Shown: positions 30,253 to 40,753 of the stretch, one piece after another | How positions within the stretch are numbered: the stretch's first letter is position 1 | Layout: each line of letters opens with the position of its first letter | NCBI GenBank assembly: GCA_008690995.1 | Contig: VRMN01000005.1 | Coordinates: 496,001 to 560,000 of the forward strand | Source: Porphyridium purpureum | Lineage: Eukaryota | DNA: 64,000 nt | Direction: 5' to 3' | Translations under genes and position numbers: made by a program | The notes under the pieces: generated by a model | The model's input: the letters and a program-made list of their open reading frames with translations, nothing else | Told to the model about the DNA's origin: nothing | Database searches by the model: none

Positions 30253-31644
30253 ATGATGCCTGTGCGCAGCGTGCTGCCGATGCTGGCGTACGCGGCTGTG
30301 CAGCTGGTCTGGGCGACACAAATTGGGCACGCGACTCCGCTGCTGCGCTCCGTGGGAATCCTGGATGCGGACATTCCGCGAATATGGCTCGCTGCGCCAT
30401 TGATGGGCATCTGCGTCCAGCCCGTCGTGGGGCTTTGGAGCGATTCGGCCTCGTGCTGCGGCGGTCGCCTGGGCCGTAGGAGACCTTTTATGATCGCCGG
30501 TGCAGTGTGTACGGTCATCTCCATGAACGTGTTTGCGAATTCGCCGCGTGCGCCAGGATCGGAGCTGTGCAAGTTTATTGCGATTGCGAGCTTCTGGATG
30601 TTGGATGGCTCCATCAACATGATTCAAGGACCTCTGAGAGCTTTGCTGGCTGATACAGTACCGCCTGCGGAGCAGCCGATGGCGAATGCGCTATTCGCGA
30701 CGGGGAACGGCTTGGGCAAGACCATTGGGTATGGGCTGGGCTCTGCGTCCATGCTTGTGCACCACAATTCAGACAACCACGGTGGCTACGCACTGCTTTT
30801 TGGAGCCGCCTCCGTAATCTTCACGACGCTCATCAGCGTTTCACTGTGCTTCATGCGTGAGATGCCCGTATCCGACGCTAGCGATGCGACGGATCTGGAG
30901 GCCCGTGAAGACTCATCTTCGGACTTGAAAGAGTCCTCGCGCACACGTATATTCCGTATTCTGACATCGCTCGTTCAGGATCCTGCGTGGCCGTACCTCC
31001 TTCGCGCCGGCGCTGTGCAGACGGCAACATACTTTGCGTGGTACGGCACATTTATCTTCTGGACTGATTGGAGTGGTTCAGAAGTGTTCGGCGGGAACGC
31101 CGATGCCTCTCCGGGCAGCCCAGAGCGGCATCTCTTCGACCGGGGCGTGCGCATTGCGAATTTGGGTCTGTGCCTGATGGGGGCGATGAGCATGGCTTTG
31201 AGCACCGTTTTTCCTTTCATTTTGCGCATATGTGGCGTCCGATGGACGTGGACCTTTTGCGAGCTTGTTTTGGCAAGTGTCCTGCTGGGCTCTTGGTATG
31301 TGCCGTTGGGCAGCGCGACAGCGGTCCTGGTTGCGTCGACGCTGCTGAGCATCCCCCTGAGCTCCACATTCACCATTCCGTGGAGCATCGTGACGCTTTC
31401 TCTGGAAAACAGCCCCAACAAGGGCGCCTTTACCTCGCTGTTCAATTTGTGCCAGTGTGTGCCGCAAGTGCTTGTCAGCCTAATCAGCCCTGCGCTCATC
31501 CGCGCGCATGATGGCCACGTGCACAGCGTCCTTCTGCTTGGCGGAGCCGGCGCTTTACTAGGAACGCTCCTCATTCCATTTCTAGCCAGCCGCGCTCTCG
31601 TGAACGAGCTGTTTGGTGAGCCGTCATCCTCCAAGCGCCAATGA
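30253..31644 (+). CDS. SUT/SLC45-type (GPH, MFS) sugar:H+ symporter
   Basis: VQLVWATQIG, WLAAPLMGICVQPVVGLWSD, GRRRPF, FWMLDGSINMIQGPLRALLAD, FWTDW, FNLCQCVPQ. Confidence 0.9.
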   Translation: MMPVRSVLPMLAYAAVQLVWATQIGHATPLLRSVGILDADIPRIWLAAPLMGICVQPVVGLWSDSASCCGGRLGRRRPFMIAGAVCTVISMNVFANSPRAPGSELCKFIAIASFWMLDGSINMIQGPLRALLADTVPPAEQPMANALFATGNGLGKTIGYGLGSASMLVHHNSDNHGGYALLFGAASVIFTTLISVSLCFMREMPVSDASDATDLEAREDSSSDLKESSRTRIFRILTSLVQDPAWPYLLRAGAVQTATYFAWYGTFIFWTDWSGSEVFGGNADASPGSPERHLFDRGVRIANLGLCLMGAMSMALSTVFPFILRICGVRWTWTFCELVLASVLLGSWYVPLGSATAVLVASTLLSIPLSSTFTIPWSIVTLSLENSPNKGAFTSLFNLCQCVPQVLVSLISPALIRAHDGHVHSVLLLGGAGALLGTLLIPFLASRALVNELFGEPSSSKRQ

Positions 31645-32693
31645 GCTTGTGTCGCCACAGCCCCACCCCGCAAACAACCCGCCTTTCCCCAGCAGACGCC
31701 ACAAAGATCAAATAACTGAACCGTGGACCCCGCAACACACTGTACCTCATGCGACTCCACTCCAATCTGTTTTTGGAACAATGAGGAGTGTAAGTGTACC
31801 TCTTTCTTCGTTGCCACAAATAAACCCCGTATGTGAAAGCCCGGAGAACCGAAGGATCAAGCACGCGCGCGGTATTCGTGCTCTCAGCGCACCGCGTGGC
31901 GCGCTGTCGAGACGCCATCACAGCCTCCACCCCCTCCCGGTGGCGGGCACGCGAGATGCACCTGCGTGCGTCCCATGTTTTCAGGTGACACGCAACGCCC
32001 ACCACCGCCGCGGATTCACCCCGGCCATGTTGCGCAAGTGTATTTTAGACGCACAAACAACACGGGGTCAACGCCCACGTGCTATTAATAGATGGACGGG
32101 TGAGCGATACACATGCGCCCAATAGCAAGCACCACCCCCGGCGATGCGGGCCTGGAGTGACTGAGCGGCAAGGCTGTTTTCGTCGTTCCTTGCTTTCGTT
32201 TCCCGCGCGCCTCTTCTCCAAGTGCGTTGAATCCTCCTTGCCCTGCCATTTTTGGCACTTGATTTCCCTGTTTTGTACTGCGAGGTGTATGTGTGTATGT
32301 GTGTGTATGTCGCGTTGGAATCATGGAGAGTTGCGTCGGATCGATGCGACTAGTTTGTGGTTGACTAGAAGGAATTAGAGGGAATGAGGGGGCAATAAGG
32401 AGCAAGTTGTATGCGTGTTGTAAGTCATTGTAGAATGACGCATGCTGCTCAGTAGGTATGGGACATACGTTCCCCTCCCCCTTGCACATCAAGGCTAAAT
32501 ATATCACACCGTGTGTATTCAGAAGGGTATAGGGAAGGGGCGGTTTTTTATGCTTTCTGCGTGTTTGTTCTCTTGTTCAGTGATTTCTTGGATCGGCACG
32601 AGGGTGAACGTTCGGAGCGCGTTTTGCGGGCTTTCACGTCGCGGTTGTCGCGGTCGTTGGTTTGGGGGGGCGGGCGTCCATCTCGGGAGCCGC

Positions 32694-32701
32694 TATATAA
32701 G
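32694..32701 (+). promoter_or_regulatory. TATA box
   Basis: TATATAAG about 210 nt upstream of ATG 32910. Confidence 0.5.
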
Positions 32702-32909
32702 GGCTGAGGGTGAGGCGCACGTCGTCACGCCGCGAAGAAGGTGGTGCTGCGGCACATGAGCTACAATTAGAGGCGGGAGGGGGAAACGCAGCTCGCATCA
32801 CACGCGCGGCTGGAGGCAGCGACGCTCGGACAGAGCTGCCGGGCTGGACGGTGTCAAGGTGTACATGTGTGTATGTGCATGCGTGCCTGTCTGCCAGCGT
32901 CAATTCGAA

Positions 32910-34535
32910 ATGGCCACGCGCTCGTCTTTTACACGGCTGCGCGTGTTTGCTTCGGACTCGAGCATGTTCCTGGGCGTGCCAGAGAGCTCGCACACGGTCG
33001 TGTCGGACGATGACGATGTGGTCGATGAGTCGACATACAACCTGCAGCTGCTGATTGCGGCAGTCGATTCAGTTGAAGTGGAGCAATGGACGTCGCAGGG
33101 GGGCACGTCAGGCGGAGTGTGTACGCCGCATGATGACAGGTTGTTCAGTCGCAACACCGGCTCGAGCACTCCGAGCGCCAAGGACGGCGAACGGCTGCGC
33201 AGTTCGCGCGGTCTTTCGTTCAATGCCGCCCGAGCGGTTCTGCCCCGCATGCTTTTTTCGCCCAAGGCATCCGTCGTCGACCCGATGGCCGCCTTGCAGG
33301 AACCGTGGGCAGAAGTTGCCGCGCCACCGCCCGCCGTTCCGCAAACCCATTCCAGGCATAATTCTGGACGTGTGCGGCCCGCGCCAGCAAAAGAGACCGC
33401 GCCCTGGACTTACGGCCGTCGCGTTATGACGACCCACGAGCTGCGCCAAATGCCCGAGATGCATCTGGAGAACGTCAAAGTGAATCCACCTCGTGCGGCG
33501 GCAGCGGCGGCAGCAGCGGCAGCAGCGGCAGCAACGCAACAGGGGCCGCCTCGCGTCAAATCACCGCAACTTAATCCGTCCGCTGCAAGGCCAGGATTCT
33601 CGCGTACGGCAGGTTCGCGTGACCTGGTGGAGGAGAAAAGTGACGAGTTGTGCATGACGCACTACGTGTCCCAAATTTCAGATCAGGGCAGTGTTTCCGA
33701 AGACACATGGGAGACGGATGTCGAATCTACAGTGGCGCACGCTCCGTGTCGAGTCTCTGGGCATCTGGCTGAGAAGTGCCGGTCCATTTCAGCGAGTATT
33801 GAAAGCCTCACAGCGTCTTCAACTGTGGTGACAGAACGATCCGACATGGAAAGTGAGATCGACTTGAAGTATTATGCCCGACAGAGTGGCCAGCCACTTC
33901 CTCGCATGTCCATTGCCATCGAGCGACCGCCGGTTGTCGCGACGCACGCCCTGACTTTGCACAGTCGCGACCAAGACGAGCGCTGCGCACCGGAGCGACG
34001 GCTTCTTGTGTCTTTGGCACAAGCTGCTCAGGAGCATGAAATGCGGAGGAACACGCGATGTAATCGTGCAAGCGCACCCAAAGAAGAGGTGCTGGAGAAC
34101 TGGTTTCAGACGTTTGGCTCGAGCGGTGGCGGCTTGACTGAGCCAGGGAGCGGCATTGAACCGCACGCCAAGCGAATTTCAATGCGAAGTGATCCGAGGG
34201 AGTCTGCAAAAGTCGTACAGCTAGAGCACGCTAGAAGCATGCCCCTGCCGATGCCAGTACAGACGCGAAAGCTTTCGTTCCAGGATGAAGTCGAAGTGAC
34301 GCACATCCCACCGCCATACTCGAGCACCAAGATCCGATACGAAGTGGTAATTGGTGACGCAATGCGAGAGCCCATAGCGACGGAAACTCGCGCGCGCTCC
34401 TTTAGCGAAACAAAGGAAAAAACCGTATTTGTGTCGTCTTCCTCGCCGCTTTTCGTCAAAGCGAGGAAGACCGCACCGCTACTGTCGCGACTTAGAGCGA
34501 GCCACAGACGAACTAAGAGCTATGAAACCGCGTAA
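32910..34535 (+). CDS. Hypothetical Ser/Pro-rich, probably disordered protein
   Basis: 541-aa ORF, poly-Ala tract, RKLSF motif; no family recognised. Confidence 0.65.
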   Translation: MATRSSFTRLRVFASDSSMFLGVPESSHTVVSDDDDVVDESTYNLQLLIAAVDSVEVEQWTSQGGTSGGVCTPHDDRLFSRNTGSSTPSAKDGERLRSSRGLSFNAARAVLPRMLFSPKASVVDPMAALQEPWAEVAAPPPAVPQTHSRHNSGRVRPAPAKETAPWTYGRRVMTTHELRQMPEMHLENVKVNPPRAAAAAAAAAAAAATQQGPPRVKSPQLNPSAARPGFSRTAGSRDLVEEKSDELCMTHYVSQISDQGSVSEDTWETDVESTVAHAPCRVSGHLAEKCRSISASIESLTASSTVVTERSDMESEIDLKYYARQSGQPLPRMSIAIERPPVVATHALTLHSRDQDERCAPERRLLVSLAQAAQEHEMRRNTRCNRASAPKEEVLENWFQTFGSSGGGLTEPGSGIEPHAKRISMRSDPRESAKVVQLEHARSMPLPMPVQTRKLSFQDEVEVTHIPPPYSSTKIRYEVVIGDAMREPIATETRARSFSETKEKTVFVSSSSPLFVKARKTAPLLSRLRASHRRTKSYETA

Positions 34536-34551
34536 CCAGACGAAGCCCTTC

Positions 34552-35345
34552 TTACTCAATATGCTCCAATGTAAACATGGAATATAGAATGATACCTCCC
34601 ATTGTAAACGTGCAACTGAACGTTAGAAGCACGATAGCGAGCGGTCCCACTGCCTCGTCCTCGAACGAGCCCGTTTGAATAGCCCTGACATTTCAGTGCA
34701 GAAGAACAAAGATCAAATCGACAGAAGATATAAAAGCATAGTCAGTTGCCGCCCCACACAAAACCAACAGCGATGAAAACGATATTCTTCAGCCGCATGG
34801 CGCCACCACGCGTCGCAAGACAATCACGACTGGCACCAGCATGGTCACTTAAAAGAGCAAAACAATGGGTAGGGAAAGATGCAAACTTACTTTCGCCTTC
34901 TGTAGAAGCCGGCCAGGCCGTACCCGACAATGGCAAACGCGACGACCCACGCGCCCAGCACGAGCCAAAGCTCGAGCGGGCCCGGAGCTGAAAAAAACTT
35001 GAGAATCCACGTCCCGCTAGTTCCGACGTGCAGGGCCGTAAACAGCCACTTGAAGAAAGTGCGCTCATTTCCCATGTTTGTCTTGAGGTCATTTCCCTTC
35101 ATGAGCGCCGGTGTCCCCGCATGCACGGACGCATCCTCGCCGGCAGATTCGACGCCGCTGGCCAGAAGCGTCGGAATCCGCGACAACGGGACGACCGCAA
35201 CTGCCGAGAGTTTTGGCCCCACCACCCGGATGGTCTGCAGCGTGCCGTACCCAGAGTTCGCATCGACGCCATCCTCGAACTCGTCATTATCCGCGTCCCG
35301 CCTCGCCACCTCCACCACGATATTATCCAGATCACTGTCCGACAT
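34552..35345 (-). CDS. VTC1-like (DUF202) vacuolar transporter chaperone subunit; two exons 35345-34891 and 34684-34552
   Basis: KTNMGNERTFFKWL motif; removing a GTAAGT...CAG intron gives FYRRRKAIQTGSFEDEAVGPLAIVLL...LEHIE* and restores the third TM. Confidence 0.85.
34685..34890 (-). other. 206-nt spliceosomal intron
   Basis: Minus-strand donor GTAAGT at 34890, branch-like ACTGAC at 34746-34741, pyrimidine tract, acceptor CAG ending 34685; frame restored. Confidence 0.85.
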
Positions 35346-35569
35346 GGTCCGCTAGATGCAGTACCGTACTGCGCTGGAGAGATACAAACCCACCACCACC
35401 AGCGCCAACACGCAGTACCGTCCCCACCGTTCCTCGCCCCAATGCGCCTTGCCCCTCCTCTCCCTCTTCGCGTGCCGGTTAGTACGGCAGCGGGCTCGCG
35501 TGGATAAGTTGTGGCTCGTCGGTGGGCGCTGGTACGTGTGCTGAAGAGCGAGGCAGGATCTGGGGTACC

Positions 35570-37912
35570 ATGGCGGTGGTCAGTCGACCGGCGGCGCGGG
35601 CGCGCGTGACAGAGGCGGTGGGCGCACAGAACGTGGCCGAAGTCGATGACGAGGTGGTTGATTTCTTGGCGTGCGTGCTCGCCGAAGGCACGTCGCTGGA
35701 GCACGAGATTGTGGACACGGCATGGCAGTTTCTGCAGCAGATACAGCCCGGCCTGTCGGAAGAGGCCGCCCGGCAGATGGCGCTGGACGTTCGGCGCTCG
35801 TTTCATCCGGTCGCGGAGGACGCCGCGGGGCCCGGCGCAGGTGGAGGCGATGACTTCCAGCTGCACAGGCTTGCCGCGCCGAAGCGGATGGGCGGTTCGC
35901 TTGGTGCGGCAGGCAGGCGTTTGGGTCTCGATGCGGAGGCGGACGGCGATTCTGCAGGCGGAAGTAAGAGCGCGGCGAGCAAACGCAAGGAAGTTGCCCA
36001 GGGCAACGCGAATGCCACGCTGGATCGATCGTTGGAAGCCGCGGAGGCCCGCGAAATGGCCAAGTTCCGCAAAGCGCGGCGCACCGGCAAGGACACTAAG
36101 CGCATCATGGAGAACTTGGCGACAGTGAGCGCGGTGAGAAGCAAGGTGGCGGCCGGCGCTGTCGACGTACGTGCTGAAGGCGTCGACATTTCGTTTGGCG
36201 GGCTCACACTGCTGGAAGGCGCGTCGCTAAGCTTCGCATATGGTCGAAGATACGGTATCGTTGGGCGTAACGGTATCGGAAAGAGCACTTTGATGAAAGC
36301 CATTGCGCGCCGTGAGCTGCCGCTGCCGGAAGATATGGATGTGCTTTTTGTGGAGCAAGAGGTTGTGGGCGACGCGACGACCCCGCTGGAGTGTGTGCTC
36401 GACGCGGATGAGCAGCGCGCGAGGCTGCTCGATGAGGAGGCGGAGCTCACTGAAGCCTTGGGCGACCAGGCGACAGATGAAGCGCCGACCTCAGGGGCCT
36501 CGGAGCGGGTAGTGCTTGAAAACCGGCTGAAGGAAGTGTACGCGCAGCTCGAGATGACCGGAGCCGACACGGCCACGGCGCGCGCCGCTGCGATTCTTTC
36601 TGGTCTCGGCTTTACCGAGCAGATGCAGCAGAAGCCCTCATCGTCGTTTTCTGGAGGTTGGCGTATGCGTATTGCCATTGCGCGAGCGCTGTTTGTGGAA
36701 CCACGGCTTCTGTTGTTGGATGAGCCCACAAACCACTTGGATCTACACACAGTGCTGTGGCTCAGCGACTACCTGCAGCAGTGGCCGCACACAATTGTTA
36801 CCGTATCGCACGATCGCGACTTTCTGAACGAAGTATGTACTGACATCATTTATGTGAAAGACAAGAAGCTGCATCCGTACGCCGGCAACTATGACGATTT
36901 TGAGAAGGCGCGCTCAGACCAACTCAAGGAGATGGCGCGCAGCGCCGAGTCGTTCGAAATGCGGCGCAAACACGTGCAAAGCTTTGTGGATCGCTTCCGC
37001 TTTAACGCTAAACGTGCTGCGATGGCGCAAAGTAGGATCAAGCTGCTTCAGAAAATGGAAGAAAACAGGGTAATTATGCCGACCGACGAGGAAGAGTTCA
37101 TGTTCAACTTTCCCGAACCGGGTGTGCTCACAGGCTCGCACGCTAGTTTGGTGCTTCAAAATGTGTCTTTTGGCTGGCCAATCTTTCAGCATCACAAGCC
37201 AGCCGAGCAAGATACTGGCAACGGCACGCCAGACGGCGCGGCTGCGAAACCTCCGCAAGGCCAGCGCACGCCGACCATGAAGCTGCTCTTCGACGGCATC
37301 GATTTCAGCATCAACACGGACAGTCGTGCCGCGCTAGTTGGGCCGAATGGCGCCGGGAAGTCTACGATCCTGAAGCTTCTCTTGGAAGAGATTGAGCCTA
37401 TCAAGGGTGAGGTGAAAAAATCTTCCAAATTGCGCTTGGGCTACTTCTCACAGCATCATATTGACCAGCTAGTTCTTTGGCGAACGCCGCTTGAGCATAT
37501 GAAGGTGCTCTTTCCGGAGAGCGCAATGCCAGAGCTGCGGTCGCACCTTGCACGGCTCGGTGTGAGCGCCGATATGGCTATGCGCCCGATCAACACGCTG
37601 TCTGGTGGGCAGAAGAGTCGCGTAGCGCTTGCGGCCATTACCATGACGAACCCGCATATTCTTTTGCTTGATGAACCGACAAATCATTTGGACATTGAAA
37701 CCATTGATGCATTGATCGAGGCTCTGAATGCGTTTTCAGGAGGCGTGCTGGTTGTGAGCCACGACTCACGTTTACTGAGTATGGTTTGCGACGAGCTTTT
37801 CATCGTCAAGGATGGTGCGGTTACGAGCTTTCCGGACGACTTTCGCGCGTACCGCAAAATGCTCGTCCAAGAAATGCGCACATCTCATCCGCCTGTCGTC
37901 TTTCGGAAGTAG
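35570..37912 (+). CDS. ABC-F family translation factor (ABCF3/GCN20-like)
   Basis: Two NBDs (GRNGIGKST, FSGGWRMR, LLLDEPTNHLD; GPNGAGKST, LSGGQKSR), no TM domains. Confidence 0.95.
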   Translation: MAVVSRPAARARVTEAVGAQNVAEVDDEVVDFLACVLAEGTSLEHEIVDTAWQFLQQIQPGLSEEAARQMALDVRRSFHPVAEDAAGPGAGGGDDFQLHRLAAPKRMGGSLGAAGRRLGLDAEADGDSAGGSKSAASKRKEVAQGNANATLDRSLEAAEAREMAKFRKARRTGKDTKRIMENLATVSAVRSKVAAGAVDVRAEGVDISFGGLTLLEGASLSFAYGRRYGIVGRNGIGKSTLMKAIARRELPLPEDMDVLFVEQEVVGDATTPLECVLDADEQRARLLDEEAELTEALGDQATDEAPTSGASERVVLENRLKEVYAQLEMTGADTATARAAAILSGLGFTEQMQQKPSSSFSGGWRMRIAIARALFVEPRLLLLDEPTNHLDLHTVLWLSDYLQQWPHTIVTVSHDRDFLNEVCTDIIYVKDKKLHPYAGNYDDFEKARSDQLKEMARSAESFEMRRKHVQSFVDRFRFNAKRAAMAQSRIKLLQKMEENRVIMPTDEEEFMFNFPEPGVLTGSHASLVLQNVSFGWPIFQHHKPAEQDTGNGTPDGAAAKPPQGQRTPTMKLLFDGIDFSINTDSRAALVGPNGAGKSTILKLLLEEIEPIKGEVKKSSKLRLGYFSQHHIDQLVLWRTPLEHMKVLFPESAMPELRSHLARLGVSADMAMRPINTLSGGQKSRVALAAITMTNPHILLLDEPTNHLDIETIDALIEALNAFSGGVLVVSHDSRLLSMVCDELFIVKDGAVTSFPDDFRAYRKMLVQEMRTSHPPVVFRK

Positions 37913-38143
37913 GCGTGCGATCTAGGTACGTACGCGCACTAGTTCGCTTGATAATTCGGAATAAAATGAACGCCGTTTGGAAAACGTAACAATGCGAGTT
38001 CGTGTATTTCAGCTCAGTAAACATGACAAACCAAAATTGACATCGTAACGAAATTTCCCTCGCAACGACTTCGTCTGCCCTGCCATAGACGACAAGGAAT
38101 CGCCATGAGCGAACCGCAAAGCTGAAATGCTAGTTTTGTCCTT

Positions 38144-39112
38144 TCACGGGGGTATTGCCTCTGCCACAATCGCCACGTGGCAAGGCAGACCAAATTCTTT
38201 GGCCACAGAATCGTCTTGCGTGTGAAACCCTGAGTATGACGGATTTTCATCCTCAGAAGCCTTCAGAATACGAAACCCAGCGTCTGCTACGGCGCGGGAC
38301 AAGGTGGGAGCATCGAATGTCTGCCACCTGTCCGGACCAATTGGCTCTTTGCCTGTATGCGGCCGTGTCGAGTCGACACTGACACTGGGACACTGTTCGA
38401 CATGGAAAGCCCGAAGCTCAGAAAGCTGCCACTCGACTGCGCCACATGAATTCCGTTTTTGTGCGACCTTTTCGGCGACGCGGCGCTTGGCATCCTCAGA
38501 CTCGAAAAAGCCTAGCGCTCCGTGACCAATGGCCGTTATATACATGGTCCCATGCGTGACCAGAAGGTTGCGGATGTCGCGCAAGCTTTGCTTGAGTTCA
38601 TCACACGTGAGGAAGTGGATGACCTCAGACACTAGCACTGATGCGTAGCGTCCATCTGGGGTGTCGGACGGGGGCAACTGCGAGGGAAGGCGCCCATGCT
38701 TGAATTCAAAGGCGCTGAACATTGCGGTGTTTTGGGTGTTTCGCGCTGCTAGCACGTCCTTGATGGCCTGCGCGGCAACGGTCAGGTGCCTATCCTCATA
38801 ATCGATACCGACCACGCGCGCACCTCTACGGACGGCGTGCATGACATTCAGTCCGTACGCACACCCCACATCCAAAAGTGGTTTGTCCAGTCTGAGCCCC
38901 GTGTCTACCCAGTCGTCTGTATATGTATTCGACATCATCATCATGCCGGTACGGTTACTGGTGGCGACCATGGTACCCTCTCGCAAAAGCATACTCTCCG
39001 GCAGCAGCAACGACAAACATGCCATGAACTGCGCGTCCCACTCGCGCCGCTCTACCTCGCGCCTTGCGCGCTCGGCATCCGCATCCGCATCGCCACTGCT
39101 CCCTACTCCCAT
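38144..39112 (-). CDS. Class I SAM-dependent methyltransferase
   Basis: LLDVGCAYG (motif I), VVGID, SEVIHFL, LLVTHGTMYI. Confidence 0.8.
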   Translation of the reverse strand: MGVGSSGDADADAERARREVERREWDAQFMACLSLLLPESMLLREGTMVATSNRTGMMMMSNTYTDDWVDTGLRLDKPLLDVGCAYGLNVMHAVRRGARVVGIDYEDRHLTVAAQAIKDVLAARNTQNTAMFSAFEFKHGRLPSQLPPSDTPDGRYASVLVSEVIHFLTCDELKQSLRDIRNLLVTHGTMYITAIGHGALGFFESEDAKRRVAEKVAQKRNSCGAVEWQLSELRAFHVEQCPSVSVDSTRPHTGKEPIGPDRWQTFDAPTLSRAVADAGFRILKASEDENPSYSGFHTQDDSVAKEFGLPCHVAIVAEAIPP

Positions 39113-40753
39113 CTCTGCTTCCTCGTCTCGGTCGAACACACCGCCTCACTTTGCCAACACCCGCGCGCGCTGAGCAGAGCTACATACCATCGTCACAACT
39201 CCACGCTCCTCCTCCTCCTCCTCCTCCTCCTTATGCTCGTCGCCACCTCGTCAGTACACGTATCCTTTTGTCCGTTCGTCTCAAGTCGTGGTGTCGTGTG
39301 GCTCGAATTAACCACGTGTGGGCTCCCGCTCATTACTGAAAGCGTTACCAGGCCCTCGCCAGTGTGACGGAGGGTATATCTACAAACGATGAAACCAGAA
39401 CATGTGAGGAGACTAGCGCGCCACTTGCGAAGTAGCGTGAGCAACGCACTGCATTCATCCACACAAACGCGCTATTCCGCTAGTCTCTGCCTTTTCAAGC
39501 CACGAGGTCTCGCGCTAGGTCACTTTGGAATCTACGTGTGTGGACCTCGGGTCTACTGGGGTGCATGGTTTCTCGTCTGAACAAGGACACTGCAAAGGGT
39601 CTTGTCTGTAGCGCAGTGCGCAGGTCCTTGACAGGACCAGAGGCGTCGCCTCCGCCGCAGCTCTGAACACGCGTGCACCAAACGCCACCACCATACGTCT
39701 CGTGTCTTTCGTATCTGCGAAAGCTGTCATGCGTTAGCAGACATCATACATCACTCTCTGCCTCACGCAGGGCTGTGAGAGCCGCAAGTCCCTTACTATC
39801 CTCATGCTATTCAGCTCCCAGAGCATGGCGAGAATATTGAACAGCTTCTCAGTGTGCTCTAGCATCAACACCGAGCTGAGGGGTCGTGGCACTTGGCAGC
39901 TCGGTCCGGGCTGCTTGCAGATTTGCTCCGCTCATCCATTACCTGTCGTTCTCTTGCGCTTTGTTCGAACAAATGCTCTGCTCGTACTTTTGGTCGCGGC
40001 ATGGCGCAAACGCTGGCGCTCCATCCTTGTCATCTTCATGCCAAGCGCGGTAGACATAGTCTATGCGTCCAAGATTCCACTGCTACAACATGCTTACCAG
40101 CAGTGTCTGGAGCAGTGGCAGCGACAGCAACAACAGCTCGCTTCCTACTGCGTAGCTCCACAGTGCCTGCGGCAAGCACTTTGCTGAGATTGACACTCAT
40201 GGCGCAACCTGATGTCTTCCTTCTGGTCTCAAAATAAGAGCTCTTGTTTCTGCCTGCTACTTTGCTGTGCAATACAGGCAGCACTCTAGCTCAGGCACGG
40301 CCGCTGCGCTCTGCAACCCGCATCAGCTGCCATATGTGAATGCCTGTATCCATTTTGACGTTCTCGTGTGCAAAGCTGTAGAGCCGCAGTATGCTGAAAG
40401 CTCCCGTATTGCGCTCTAGCAGCTCCATGCTCGTGCGTGCGCACGCCCGTGGTCAGACTGCTAGCGGTCACGTCAATCACCTTGTCTCTGCGCTACATGG
40501 AAGCCATCTTCCGGCACGTAACGCGTGATATGTGGGAGTGACCATGGTCCCCGCAGCGGAAGAGGTTACCAGTGGCGCGAGAAGCGAAAGACACAAAGGG
40601 ATTACTCCGAGGTTCTCACCCCACAAAGACGGGCTCTGACACTGAAGCGAGGTTCTTGTTCTGCCATCGGCGTCTGCAGCTTCCTATGTGACGGCGCGTT
40701 GCGGTGCGGGAGGATGAGGTCGAGCGTTTAAGTGAGGGAGGGAGGGAGGGAGA

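Noticed and set aside
34742..35092. 116-aa alternative-frame ORF suggesting a frameshift in the VTC1-like gene
   Set aside because: The intron model explains the locus with canonical splice signals
39207..39231. (CCT)8 and other microsatellites ((GT)n 26939, (GGT)n 20217 and 46969)
   Set aside because: Ordinary simple repeats
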